DNA of 64,000 nucleotides from Mobula hypostoma (GCF_963921235.1 NC_086097.1:33544001-33608000), one strand, 5' to 3'; positions 1 to 12,600 are shown, counted from the first letter of the stretch. The notes: a model not told the origin generated them from the sequence alone. Translations and numbers: made by a program.

Positions 1-849
1 TGGTGCTGTAGCAGTGTCATGCTAATGCTAACCGACACTACCGTGCTGCCTGGAGGGGGCAGACGTGTTAGTGAGGTGGTGAAGTGCCCCTCACTGGGCA
101 GAATACAGAAAATCAGAGCAGGGCACAGGTAGTACAATGTTGGCTGGAGCAGTGTGCACAGTTGTGGTCTTCGCACAATGGGCAGCATGCGAATGTGCTG
201 GCGAGGGTGGGGAAGTTTGGGGGTCACCAGGTTGCTGAACTCCAGTTACAAGGGGTTGTTGGGTTTTCATTGGACATGGGGGACCTGCTCCCTGAGGGGG
301 TATTGCAAGCAGAGTGTGTCACATTGAAGTATCTGGACCAAGCTTGGAGGGCTGCAAGAAAGTGCTGGTCGATGGGATTAGTATAGATGGTTACTGAATG
401 GACAGGGTGAGCCAAAGGGCCTGGATTTATGCTGTCCAACTGGGTCACCATACCTGCCTTTCATAGGATTAAAACATCCTCTTGGCAGATAGCAATCATT
501 CCATAAACTGGTGGCTGCTCCGCCATCAGCACCCACCCCTACTGCTCCCTCCTTCGCACATTTCTGCTGCTCAATGAGTCCCCCCCCCCCACTCCCACCT
601 TCCTGGTGCTCCCCCCCCCACACACATCCCTGTAGCTGTGAGTGTATCCAGTTGTAGTGCCTGTGGGATCTCTTCACCCAGTGACAAGAGCTGGGCTCTC
701 ACTGAAGGCTAGCGCCTTGCACAGTGTGACATTTCTTCGAACTGGTGGTCCTACACCCCCTTGGACAGTTGCACCATCTATGACAGCCCTTCATACTTTG
801 ACCACATTCTGTCCTTGTAAACTCAGGCTTGGCTACAGCTCCGTAAGAC

Positions 850-1484
850 CATAGTCATAGTCATACTTTATTAATCCCGGGGGAAATTGGTTTTCATTAC
901 AGTTGCTCCATAAATAATAAATAGTAATAGAACCATAAATAGTTAAATAGTAATATGTAAATTATGCCAATAAATTATGAAATAAGTCCAGGACCAGCCT
1001 ATTGGCTCAGGGTGTCTGACCCTCCAAAGGAGGAGTTGTAAAGTTTGATGGCCACAGGCGGGAATGACTTCCTATGACGCTCAGTGCTGCATCTCGGTGG
1101 GATGAGTCTCTGGCTGAATGTACTCCTGTGCCCAACCAGTACATTACGTAGTGGATGGGAGACATTGACCAAGATGGCATGCAACTTGGACAGCATCCTC
1201 TTTTCAGACACCACCGTGAGAGAGTCCAGTTCCATCCTCACAACATCACTGGCCTTACGAATGAGTTTGTTGATTCTGTTGGTGTCTGCTACCCTCAGCC
1301 TGCTGCCCCAGCACACAACAGCAAAAATGATAGCACTAGCCACCACAGACTCGTAGAACATCCTCAGCATCGTCCGGCAGATGTTAAAGGACCTCAGTCT
1401 CCTCAGGAAGTAGAGACGTCTCTGACCCTTCTTGTAGACAGCCTAAGTGTTCTTTGACCAGTCCAGTTTATTGTCAATTCGTAT
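850..1484 (-). mobile_element. Rex1/Babar-type LINE, 3' part (RT C-terminus and 3' UTR), split by a CR1 insertion
   Basis: The minus-strand reading continues into ORF 999..1370 (MLRMFYESVVASAIIFAVVCWGSRL...HPL...F.PVAIKLYN), typical of Rex1 C-termini. It ends in AATAAA followed by short TATGAC repeats near 850-872. Confidence 0.85.
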
Positions 1485-1495
1485 TCGTATTCGTA

Positions 1496-3274
1496 GGTGA
1501 ATTGATTATGGGGAGCAAGGACATGGCAGACCAATTGAATAATTACTTTGGTTCTGTCTTCACTAAGGAGGACATAAATAATCTTCCAGAAATAGTAAGG
1601 GACAGAGGGTCCAGTGAGATGGAGGAACTGAGCGAAATACATGTTAGTAGGGAAGTGGTGTTAGGTAAATTGAAGGGATTGAAGGCAGATAAATCCCCAG
1701 GGCCAGATGGTCTGCATCCCAGAGTGCTTAAGGAAGTGGCCCAAGAAATAGTGGATGCATTAGTGATAATTTTTCAAAACTCGTTAGATTCTGGACTAGT
1801 TCCTGAGGATTGGAGGGTGGCTAATGTAACCCCACTTTTTAAAAAAGGAGGGAGAGAGAAACCGGGGAATTATAGGCCGGTTAGCCTAACGTCGGTGGTG
1901 GGGAAACTGCTGGAGTCAGTTATCAAGGATGTGATAACAGCACATTTGGAAAGCGGTGAAATGATCGGACAAAGTCAGCATGGATTTGTGAAAGGAAAAT
2001 CATGTCTGACGAATCTCATAGAATTTTTTGAGGATGTAACTAGTAGAGTGGATAGGGGAGAACCAGTGGATGTGGTATATTTGGATTTTCAAAAGGCTTT
2101 TGACAAGGTCCCACATAGGAGATTAGTGTGCAAACTTAAAGCACACGGTATTGGGGGTAAGGTATTGGTGTGGGTGGAGAATTGGTTAGCAGACAGGAAG
2201 CAAAGAGTGGGAATAAACGGGACCTTTTCAGAATGGCAGGCGGTGACTAGTGGGGTACCGCAAGGCTCAGTGCTGGGACCCCAGTTGTTTACAATATATA
2301 TTAATGACTTGGATGAGGGAATTAAATGCAGCATCTCCAAGTTTGCGGATGACACGAAGCTGGGTGGCAGTGTTAGCAGTGAGGAGGATGCTAAGAGGAT
2401 GCAGGGTGACTTGGATAGGTTGGGTGAGTGGGCAAACTCATGGCAGATGCAATTTAATGTGGATAAATGTGAAGTTATCCACTTTGGTGGCAAAAATAGG
2501 AAAACAGATTATTATCTGAATGGTGGCCGATTAGGAAAAGGGGAGGTGCAACGAGACCTGGGTGTCATTATACACCAGTCATTGAAAGTGGGCATGCAGG
2601 TACAGCAGGCGGTGAAAAAGGCGAACGGTATGCTGGCATTTATAGCGAGAGGATTCGAGTACAGGAGCAGGGAGGTACTACTGCAGTTGTACAAGGCCTT
2701 GGTGAGACCACACCTGGAGTATTGTGTGCAGTTTTGGTCCCCTAATCTGAGGAAAGACATCTTTGCCATAGAGGGAGTACAAAGAAGGTTCACCAGATTG
2801 ATTCCTGGGATGGCAGGTCTTTCATATGAAGAAAGACTGGATGAACTGGGCTTGTACTCGTTGGAATTTAGAAGATTGAGGGGGGATCTGATTGAAACGT
2901 ATAAGATCCTAAAGGGATTGGACAGGCTAGATGCAGGAAGATTGTTCCCGATGTTGGGGAGGTCTAGAACGAGGGGTCACAGTTTGAGGATAGAGGGGAA
3001 GCCTTTTAGGACCGAGGTTAGGAAAAACTTCTTCACACAGAGAGTGGTGAATCTGTGGAATTCTCTGCCACAGCAAACTGTTGAGGCCAGTTCATTAGCT
3101 ATGTTTAAAAGGAAGTTAGATATGGCCCTTGTGGCTACAGGGGTCAGGGGGTATGGAGGGAAGGCTGGGTTCTGAGTTGGATGATCAGCCATGATCATAA
3201 TAAATGGCGGTGCAGGCTCGAAGGGCCGAATGGCCTACTCCTGCACCTATTTTCTATGTTTCTATGTTTCTATG
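1496..3274 (+). mobile_element. Young 5'-truncated CR1 LINE with an uninterrupted RT reading frame (to stop at 3175)
   Basis: ORF 1454..3175 contains KSPGPDG, NYRPVSLTS, YLDFQKAFDKV, GVPQGSVLGP, FADD and RPHLEYC with no stops. The 3' tail is (TTTCTATG)x3 at 3251-3274. Confidence 0.95.
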
Positions 3275-3530
3275 TATCCCCAGGTATTTGTAATCCTCCA
3301 CCATGTCCACATTGACCCCCTGGATGGAAACAAGGGTCACCGGTACCTTAGCTCTCCTCAGGTCTACCATCAGTTCCTTAGTCTTTTTCACATTAAACTG
3401 CAGATAATTCTGCTCACACCATGTGACAAAGTTTCCTACTGTAGCCCTGTACTCAACCTCATCTCCCTTGCTGATACATTCAACTATGGCAGAGTCATCC
3501 GAAAACTTCTGAAGATGACAAGACTCTGCG
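3274..3530 (-). mobile_element. Rex1/Babar LINE, upstream part of the element at 850-1484
   Basis: ORF 3254..3559 reads KFSDDSAIV...WCEQNYLQFNVKKTKELMVD...YKYLGI. It joins RIDNKLDWSKN at 1484 once the CR1 is removed. Confidence 0.85.
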
Positions 3531-5048
3531 CATAAGGTATAGGAGCAGAATTGGGCCATTTAGCCCATCGAGTCTACTCCACCATTTCATCATGGCTGAT
3601 CCATTTTCCCTCTCAGCCCCAATCTCTTGCCTTCTTTCCATATCCCTTCATGCCCTGACTAACCAAGAACCTATCTACCTCTCCCTTAAATATACCCAAT
3701 GACTTGGCCTCCACAGCCACCTTTGGCAATGAATTCCACAGATTCACTATTCTCAGTCTAAAGAAACACCTCCTCATCTCTGTTCCAAAAGGGCACCCCT
3801 TTATTCTGAGGCTGTGTCCTCTGGTCTTGGGCTCCCCCATCATAGGAAACATCCTCCCCACATCCATTCTATCCAGGCCTTTCAACATTCAATAGGTTTC
3901 AGTGAAGTCACCCCTCATTCCAGTGAGTACAGGCCCAGAGCCATCAGATGCTCCTCATGTGACAAGCCTTTTAATCCCAGAAACATTTTTGTGAACCTCC
4001 TTTGAACTCTTTCCAATGTCAGCACATCCCAAAACTGCTCACAATACTCCATGTGAGACCTCTCCAGTGCCTTATAAAGTCTCAACATTACATGTTTTCT
4101 TTTATATTCTAGTCCCCTAAAATGAACACTAACACCACATTTGCCTTTCCGCACCATCGACTCAACCTGCAAATGAACCTTTAGGGAATCCTGCATGAGG
4201 ACTCCCAAGTCTCTTTGCACCTCAGATTCGTGAATTTTCTCTCCATTTAGAAAATAGTCTACCCTTTTATTTCTTCTACCGAAGTGCATGACCATACACT
4301 TCCTGACACTGTATTCTATCTGCTACTTCTTTGCCCATTCTCCTAATCTAAGTCCTTATTTAGCATCTGCTTCCTCAAAACTACCTGTCCCTCCACCTGT
4401 CTTCGTATTGTCTGCAAACTTGACCACAAAACAATCAATTCTGTCATTCAAATCACTGGGATATAATTTTTTTTTAAAAAAAAGTGGTTCCAGCACAGAC
4501 CCCTGTGGAACATCACTAGTCACCGGCTGCCAATTAGAAAAACCTCCCTTTATTCCCACTCTTTGCCTCCTGCCAATCAACTAATGACCTATCCATGCTA
4601 GTATCTTTCCTGTCACACCATGGGCTCTTAACTTGTTAAGCAGCCTTGGGTGGCACCTTGTCAAAGACCTTCTGAAAATCCAAGTACACAATATCCACCC
4701 ATTTCTCTTTTGTCTATCCTGCTTGTTATTTCTTCAAAGAATTCCAACAGATTTGTCGGGCAAGATTTTCCTTTAAGATAACCATGCTGACTATGACCTG
4801 TTTTATTATGTGCCTCCAAGTACCCTGAAACCACATTTTAACAATTAACTCCGGCATTTTCCCAACCACTGAGGTCAGACGAACTGGCTTATAATTACTT
4901 TTCTTCTGCCTCTCCCTTTTTGAAGAGTGGAGTGACATTTGCAATTTTCCACTACTTCAGAACAATTGATTCTGAATTGAATCGGAATAATAAAAGATCA
5001 TTATTAATGCCTCCATAATCTCTTCAACCACTTCTTTCAGTGCCCTGC
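3531..5048 (-). mobile_element. Older degenerate CR1 LINE, segment 1 (RT and 3' end)
   Basis: Broken ORFs 3613..3888, 3915..4295, 4356..4580 and 4726..4944 carry CR1 motifs (TRGHSL, VPQGSVL, KFADN, NYKPVRLTS). Confidence 0.85.
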
Positions 5049-5785
5049 TGTTGGCCATGATGTATTTAAAATATGGAAGATAATGTCAAACTCAAATGGG
5101 TCAAGGACAGTGGAAGCAGACAGATCAATTGTCTTTGTTTCTGCCATGTGTTTGGAGATGGAGGCAGCCATTCAGTGAAACTGTTTTACGTCTGCCATTT
5201 TGTGAGGTGAAGTTGCTTGGCTATCTGTGTTTTAAAGTAGACACAATGATGCTTCAGGTTATCTGTTGGACTAAAGAAAAATTCCAAATAAGCTATCTGT
5301 GAGGTGTTCTTTGATATAATATAACTTGCAAGTTTCAGAATATTGGGGACTGTGCCTGACTGGAGTGATTGGAGCTGGTTACTAAAGAGTGCCATAAATT
5401 ACCAGTTGTCACTTTTGGATTAGAGCCAATAAAAATATGTTTAAGGTGCCAATGACACTGAAAGGTGATACTTGATAAAAGCAGATGCTTTAAGTGTGCT
5501 ATCAGCAGTAACTCTCAAGAGACCCACCATTGCAAGGAAGGATCCCCACGCCAGGAACTGGGAGAAGAAAGGGTCAATCGTCTGGCCTGCGGAGTTCCCC
5601 TACTTTGGTGTTATAAATTAGGAAAATGGTCTGAGTGAGTATTGGTACAGAGGAATCAGAAGAATTAAGGTTTTAAGTTGTTGACCTGGGGACAACATAG
5701 TTATGTTGTTTGTGCAGAGACAATAAAGTTCGAGCTTTGATTAATTAAACATTGTATAGTGAGTTTCGTTGATGAATGGTCACCA
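5049..5785. mobile_element. Probable solo LTR (737 bp) inserted in the older CR1
   Basis: It begins TGTTGGCCAT and ends ATGGTCACCA (TG...CA, 8/10 inverted match). Flanks are CTGC and CTGT, a 4-bp TSD with one mismatch. CR1 sequence resumes on both sides, there is an AATAAA near 5722, and no TE-like ORF. Confidence 0.65.
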
Positions 5786-6200
5786 CTGTGGTATAGTCCA
5801 TCTATCCAGGTGACTTGTCTACCTTCACAGTTTTCAGTTTCCCAAGAACCTTCTCCCTAGTAATGACAACTTCACCCACTTCTGGCATACTGCTAATGCC
5901 TTCCACAGCAAAGACTGATGCAAAATACTGATTCACTTCATCTGCCATTTACTATTACTATTGCCATTCCCCATTACTACCTCTCCAGCACCATTTTCCA
6001 GTGGTCCAATATCTACTCTCCACTCTTACACTTTACATATCTCAAGAAACTTTTGGTGTCCTCTTTAATATTTTTAGCTAATTTACCCTTGAATTCCATC
6101 TTTTTCTTCTTTATGTCTTTTCAGTTGCCTCCTGCTGGTTTTTAGAAGCTTCCCAGTCCTCTAACTTCCCACTAATTTTTGCTCTATTCTATGCCTTCTC
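5786..6200 (-). mobile_element. Older CR1 LINE, segment 2
   Basis: CR1 linker sequence (GPDG region, tagtccatct..ccaggtgacttgtct) continues segment 1. Confidence 0.7.
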
Positions 6201-9200
6201 CATAGAAACCATAGAAACTACAGCACAGAAACAGGCCTTTTGGCCCTTCTTGGCTGTGCCGAACCATTTTCTGCCTAGTCCCACTGACCTGCACACGGAC
6301 CATATCCCTCCATACACCTCCCATCCATGTATCTGTCCAATTTATTCTTAAATGTTAAAAAAGAACCCGCATTTACCACCTCGTCTGGCAGCTCATTCCA
6401 TACTCCCACCACTCTCTGTGTGAAGAAGCCCCCCCCCAATGTTCCCTTTAAACTTTTCCCCCCTCACCCTTAACCCATGTCCTCTGGTTTTTTTCTCCCC
6501 TTGCCTCAGTGGAAAAAGCCTGCTTGCATTCACTCTATCTATACCCATCATAATTTTATATACCTCTATCAAATCTCCCCTCATTCTTCTACGCTCCAGG
6601 GAATAAAGTCCTAACCTATTCAACCTTTCTCTGTAACTGAGTTTCTCAAGTCCCAGCAACATCCTTGTAAACCTTCTCTGCACTCTTTCAACCTTATTAA
6701 TATCCTTCCTGTAATTTGGTGACCAAAACTGAACACAATACTCCAGATTCGGCCTCACCAATGCCTTATACAACCTTATCATAACCTTCCAGCTCTTATA
6801 CTCAATACTTCGATTAATAAAGGCCAATGTAACAAAAGCTCTCTTTACAACCCTATCTACCTGTGATGCTACTTTTAGGGAATTTTGTATCTGTTTTCCC
6901 AGATCCCTCTGTTCCACTGTACTCCTCAGTGCCTTACCATTAAATCTGTATGTTCTACCTTGGTTTGTCCTTCCAACGTGCAATACCTCACACTTGTCTG
7001 TATTTAACTCCATCTGCCATTTTTCAGCCCATTTTTCCAGCTGGTCCAAGTCCCTCTGCAGGCTGTGAAAACCTTCCTCACTGTCTACTACACCTCCAAT
7101 CTTTGTATCATCAGCAAATTTGCTGATCCAATTTACCACATTATCATCCAGATCATTGATATAGATGACAAATAACAATGGACCCAGCACTGATCCCTGT
7201 GGCACACCACTAGTCACAGGCCTCCACTTGGAGAAGCAATTCTCTACTACCACTCTTTGGCTTCTTCCATTGAGCCAATGTCTAATCCAATTTACCACCT
7301 CTCCATGTATACCTAGCGAATGAATTTTCCTAACTAATCTCCCATGCGGGACCTTGTCAAAGGCCTTACTGAAGTCCATGTAGACAATACTCACTGCCTT
7401 CCCTTCATCCACTTTCTTGGTATCCTCCTCGAAAAACTCCAATAGATTGGTCAAACATGACCTACCACGCACAAAGCCATGTTGACTCTCCCTAATAAGT
7501 CCCTGTCTATCCAAATGCTTGTAGATTCTGTCTCTTAGTACTCCCTCCAATAACTTACCTACTACCGACGTTAAACTTACTGGCCTATAATTGTCCAGAT
7601 TACTTTTCGATCCTTTTTTAAACAACGGAACAACATGAACCACTCTCCAATCCTCCGGCACCTCACCTGTAGACAGCGACATTTTAAATATTGCTGCCAG
7701 GGCCCCTGCAATTTCAACACTAGTCTCCTTCAAGGTCCGAGGGAACACCCTGTCAGGTCCCGGGGATTTATCCACTTTAATTTTCCTCAAGACAGCAAGG
7801 ACCTCCTCTTTTTCGATCTGTACAGTTTCCATGATCTCACTACCTGTTTCCCTTAATTCCATAGACTTCATGCCAGTTTCCTTAGTAAACACAGACGCAA
7901 AAAACCTATTTAAGATCTCCCCCATTTCCTTTGGTTCCGCACATAGCCGACCACTCTGATCTTCAAGAGGACCAATTTTATCCCTTACAATCCTTTTGCT
8001 CTTAATATACCTGTAAAAGCTCTTTGGATTATCCTTCACTTTGACTGCCAAGGCAACCTCATGTCCTCTTTTAGCCCTCCTGATTTCTTTCTTAAGTATT
8101 TTCTTGCACTTCTTATACTCCTCAAGCACCTTATTTACTCCCTGCTTCCTACACATGTCATATAACTCCCTCTTCCTCTTTATCAGAGTTGCAATATCCC
8201 TTGAGAACCAAGGTTCCTTATTCCTATTCACTTTGCCTTTAATCCTGACAGGAACATACAAATTCTGCACTCTCAAAATTTCTGCTTTGAAGGCTTCCCA
8301 CCTACCGATCACATCCTTGCCAGAGAACAACCTGTCCCAATCCACGCTTTTTAGATCCTTTCTCATTTCTTCAGATTTGGCCTTCTTCCAGTTAAGAACC
8401 TCAACCCTAGGACCAGATCTATCCTTGTCCATGATCAAATTAAAACTAATAGTGTTATGATCACTGGAACCAAAGTGCTCCCCTACACAGACTTCCGTCA
8501 CTTGTCCTAACTCGTTTCCTAACAGGAGATCCAATATTGCATCCCCTCTAGTTGGTCCCTCTATATATTGATTTAGAAAACTTTCCTGAACATATTTTAC
8601 AAACTCTAAACCATCTAGACCCCTAACAGTATGGGAGACCCAATCAATGTATGGAAAATTAAAATCCCCTACCACCACAACTTTATGTTTCCTGCAGTTG
8701 CCTGCTATCTCTCGCAGATTTGCTCTTCCAATTCTCGTTGACTATTGGGTGGTCTGTAATACAATCCCACTAATGTGGCCATACCTTTCCTGTTTCTCAG
8801 CTCCACCCATAAGGCCTCAGTAGACAAGCCCTCTAATCTGTCCTGCCTGAGCACTGCTGTAATATTTTCCCTAACAAGCAATGCTACTCCCCCACCTTTC
8901 ATTCCTCTGCCTCGATCACATCTGAAACATCGGAACCCTGGAATATTAAGCTGCCAGTCCTGCCACTCCTGTAGCCAAGTTTCACTAATTGCTATAATGT
9001 CATAATGCCACATGTCAATCCACGCCCTCAACTCATTCGCCTTCCCCACAATACTCCTAGCATTGAAATATATACACCTCAGAAGATTTTTACCACCACT
9101 CACAACCTTTCTATTAGTGGATTTGCTTGAACTTTTAACATCATTTATTTTCACCCCAGCCACACTTTCACTCTGGTACTGTGGTTCCCATCCCCCTGCA

Positions 9201-9639
9201 AATCTAGTTTAAAGCCCCCCCAATAGCATTAACAAACCTCCCTGAAAGGATATTGGTTCCCCTGTAGTTCAAGTGTAACCCGTCTCTCTTGTACAGGTCC
9301 CACCTGCCCCAGAAGAGGTCCCAATTATCCTGAAATCTGAAACCCTGCCCCCTGCACCAGTTCCTCAGCCACTTGTTCATCCTCCAGAGCATCCTATTCC
9401 TACCCTCACTGGCACGTAGCACAGGTAGCAATCCTGAGGTTACCACCCTCGAGGTCCTGCTTTTCAACTTTCTACTAAGCTCTCTATACTCACTCTCCAG
9501 GACCTCCTCACTCTTCCTTGCTATGTCATTGGTACCGATGTGCACCACGACATCTGGCTGATCACCCTCCCACTTCAGAATGTCATGCAATCGATCAGAG
9601 ACATCCTTGACCCTAGCACCCGGGAGGTAACAAACCATC
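6201..9639 (-). mobile_element. Younger, near-complete CR1 LINE: partial ORF1 (SGNH/GDSL esterase) and ORF2 (APE endonuclease + RT) with frameshifts
   Basis: ORF 9204..9638 has VVVHIGTND and DGLHLN (esterase). ORF 8705..9163 has YFNARSI and ISETWL (APE). ORF 6393..8678 has GDFN, SDH and the RT motifs. Frameshifts lie near 8700 and 6430. The 3' tail is (GTTTCTATG)x2 at 6201-6218. Confidence 0.95.
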
Positions 9640-10700
9640 CTTGGCTTTTATGTTGGCTTTGATGTCCCGTGTCAGCCACAATTGTATCATCCTGCCTTTA
9701 GAATACTTCTTTTGGATGTAGCCGTCCTGCACCTTCTGAATTGCTCCCAGAAAGTCCGGCCATTGTTGCTCTGCTGTCATTCCCACTTGAGTTCCCTTCC
9801 AATCAACTTCAGCCAGCTCCTCTCTCATGCCTCTAATTCACTTTACTTCACTGTAATACTGATATATCTGACATTAACTTCTCCTCAAACTGCAGGGTAA
9901 ATTCTATCATATTATGATCACTGGCCCTAAGGGTTTACCGTAAGGTCTCTAATCAATTCTGGTTTATTGCACAACACCCAATCCACAATGGCCAATCCCC
10001 TAGACTCTACCACAAGTTGCTCTAAAAAGCCTTTTCATAGGCATTCTAGAAATTCCCCCTCTTGAGATCCTGTAGCAACCTGATTTTCCCAATACCTGAA
10101 TATTGAAATTCCCTATGTCTATTGTAACATTACTCTTTTGACATCAATTTTCTATATATCGCTGTACTTTGTAGACCATATCTGTACTACTGCTCAGAGG
10201 TCTGTATATAACTCCCATTAGGGTCTTTTTACCTTTGCATTTCCCTAGCTCTACCCACAACGATTCTACACCTTCCGATCCTATTTCACTTCTTTCTAAT
10301 GATTTGATTTCATTTTTTTTTTACCATCAGATCCACCCCACCACCTCTGCCTACCTCCCTGTCCTTACGATGCAATGTGTATCCTTGGACGTTAAGCTCC
10401 CAGCTATAATCTTTCAGCCACGATTCAGTGACGCTCACTACATCATTCATGGCAATCCGTAACCGTGCTCTAACTTATTCCGTATGCTGCGAGCATTCAA
10501 ACGTTACACTTTCAGTCCTGTATTCATCACCCCTTTCGATTTTGTCCGCCCTTTACATTGCAACTCATCCCGTTGACTACAATTTTGCCCTATCATCAGC
10601 CTCTCCTTGCTAGCAGTCTCACTACGCACTGCCTCTCTGTGTAAACCAACTGCTCTGTCCTCAGCATGATCACCCAGTTCCCACACCTCTGCCGAATTAG
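9640..10700 (-). mobile_element. Older CR1 LINE, segment 3 (endonuclease region)
   Basis: ttggcttttatgttggc at ~9641 continues atgccttctc at 6200. ORF 9613..9828 (MREELAEVDW...) is CR1 linker sequence. Confidence 0.75.
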
Positions 10701-11299
10701 CTTCCGTCTGATGCTGGTGTGGTGGTTTTGGAAGACCCGGACGGTGAGGGTTCCCTCTGACACAAGTTTCACTCCTGATCACCCATCCCTGACTGCCTCT
10801 GAGAAGCTGGAGCTCCCCTTGGAGCACCGTAATCCTTCTGGTGAAGAGACGCCCACGGCGCTGGTGGGGAGGGAGTTTCCCAGGTTTGTACCCCAAGACA
10901 GGATGGCGTGAGATTGTGGTGGGGGTGGGGGGAGAGGGGTGACCTGAAGGTGGTGGTGTTCCCTGCGCCAATGCCCACGTCCGTCAGGGAGGGCGAGTTG
11001 GGGTGTGGAAGGGGCTGACGGAGTAGCCTGGGTAAGTAACTGCGGTGAGTTTTGTACGTACATATGTCTCCCCTCCCTAGCGTCCTGTACAACCGCTACG
11101 GTCCTCAATGAGTTACTCCGGAATCCAGTCTGGATGGAGACCATGCATCAATGACATGTCGTGAAAGTTGTTTGCGACAGTGGACTGTATAAAATTACTA
11201 TATTACAATAAGAAACACATAATAAACTTTTAAAATTAAATGCGTAGTTCAAAAATAGTGAGGAAGTGTTCAGAAATCTGATGGCTGTGTCTTTTAGGG

Positions 11300-11660
11300 C
11301 TTTTCCCTTTGGAGCGAAGTGACTTGACGGAGGTGTACAAGATGACAGGAGGCAGATTGAATAGCCAGAGACTTTTTCCCAGGGCTGAAATGGCTCATTC
11401 GAGGGGCTGAATTTTAAGGTAATTGGAGGAAAGTATAGAGATGTCCGAGGCAGGGTTTTAAACGCAGTGGCGTGTGTGTGGAACGCTCTGCCAGGGATGG
11501 TGGCAGGACAGATACATTACCAGCATTTAAGAAACTCTTGGATAGACACATAGATAGAAAAATGAAAGGTTATGTGGGAGGGGAGACTAGGTTAGGTTAA
11601 AAGATCGGCACTACAACGCGGGCCGTAGGGCCTATACTGCGCTGTAGTTTTCTATGTTCT
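11300..11660 (+). mobile_element. CR1 3'-end fragment
   Basis: CR1 terminal coding relic (gaggtgtacaagatg..., tggaacgctctgcc) ending in ttctatgttcta. Confidence 0.7.
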
Positions 11661-12506
11661 ACTCAGTGTGTCAAACACCCTGTCCACCTTTGGCTCCACT
11701 TTTAGGGAACTATGTATTTGTACTCCAAGGTCTCTCTGTTCTACAACACTCACCAAGATGGACCTGAACCAGTGAGGCTCAGCATCCTGGGGCGTTGGGA
11801 TGGGGGAGGCAAGGGCACCCTAGGGTGGGCACAGATGCTGTTTGCAGCAAGCTGCAGCCTCTGAGCACTTTCCTGTGGATGGAGGGAGCGACAGATCCTT
11901 GAGAGTAACAGACAGAACGGACCATCCCCACCATCGGTGATGGATGATGAGACGCCGGGCGGAGCTGGTGCCGATGGAAGGTGTCGAGAAAACAGTGTAC
12001 TCACAGGACACGGGCGCAGGATCCTTATTACTCACCTCCCACACCCACACCTCCGGTCCCCAACACATATACAGCCATAATCAGTCCTCAGGGAGGGCAG
12101 GGTGCGCGCACCCGGAGCGGAGCCCTGGTGCTCAGCTCCCCAATCCGATCGATCTGTCCGTCCGTCCATCCGTCCGTCCATCCGTCCCCTGCTGTTTTCC
12201 CTGTTACTACTCTATTGTGAACAGGGGTATCAGTACTACTACTTTCTGGTCTCCGATATAATCATGTCCCCATTAAGTTCCTAACTGGATTCAACAAGCT
12301 TGCATCATTGGTCTATCGGCCGGCTAATGTCATTAAAGTGTTTGGTCTCGGTGTGTTAATGAGCGCCTGACTGCCTGTGCTGAGCCCAAGGGTTGGGGCA
12401 GCTGCCGCCGGCTCGCGGGTATTTACAAAGATTCATCTTTTACCCTGATGCTGATTGATCACCAAGTGACAGGCTTTCTCCTAGATTAATACAACGATAC
12501 CATCTT

Positions 12507-12600
12507 TACCCGGATGGGTTGGGCGCAATTATCTCGCAATATATCATTCTGAATACCTGGATGGGTTGGGCGCAATTATCTCGCAATATATCATTCTGAA
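12507..12600 (+). repeat. 47-bp direct tandem duplication (2 copies)
   Basis: tacc(c/t)ggatgggttgggcgcaattatctcgcaatatatcattctgaa occurs at 12507 and 12554. Confidence 0.95.

Noticed and set aside
1454..3175. 573-aa ORF as a host gene
   Set aside because: It is CR1 reverse transcriptase; the apparent start comes from antisense Rex1 sequence.
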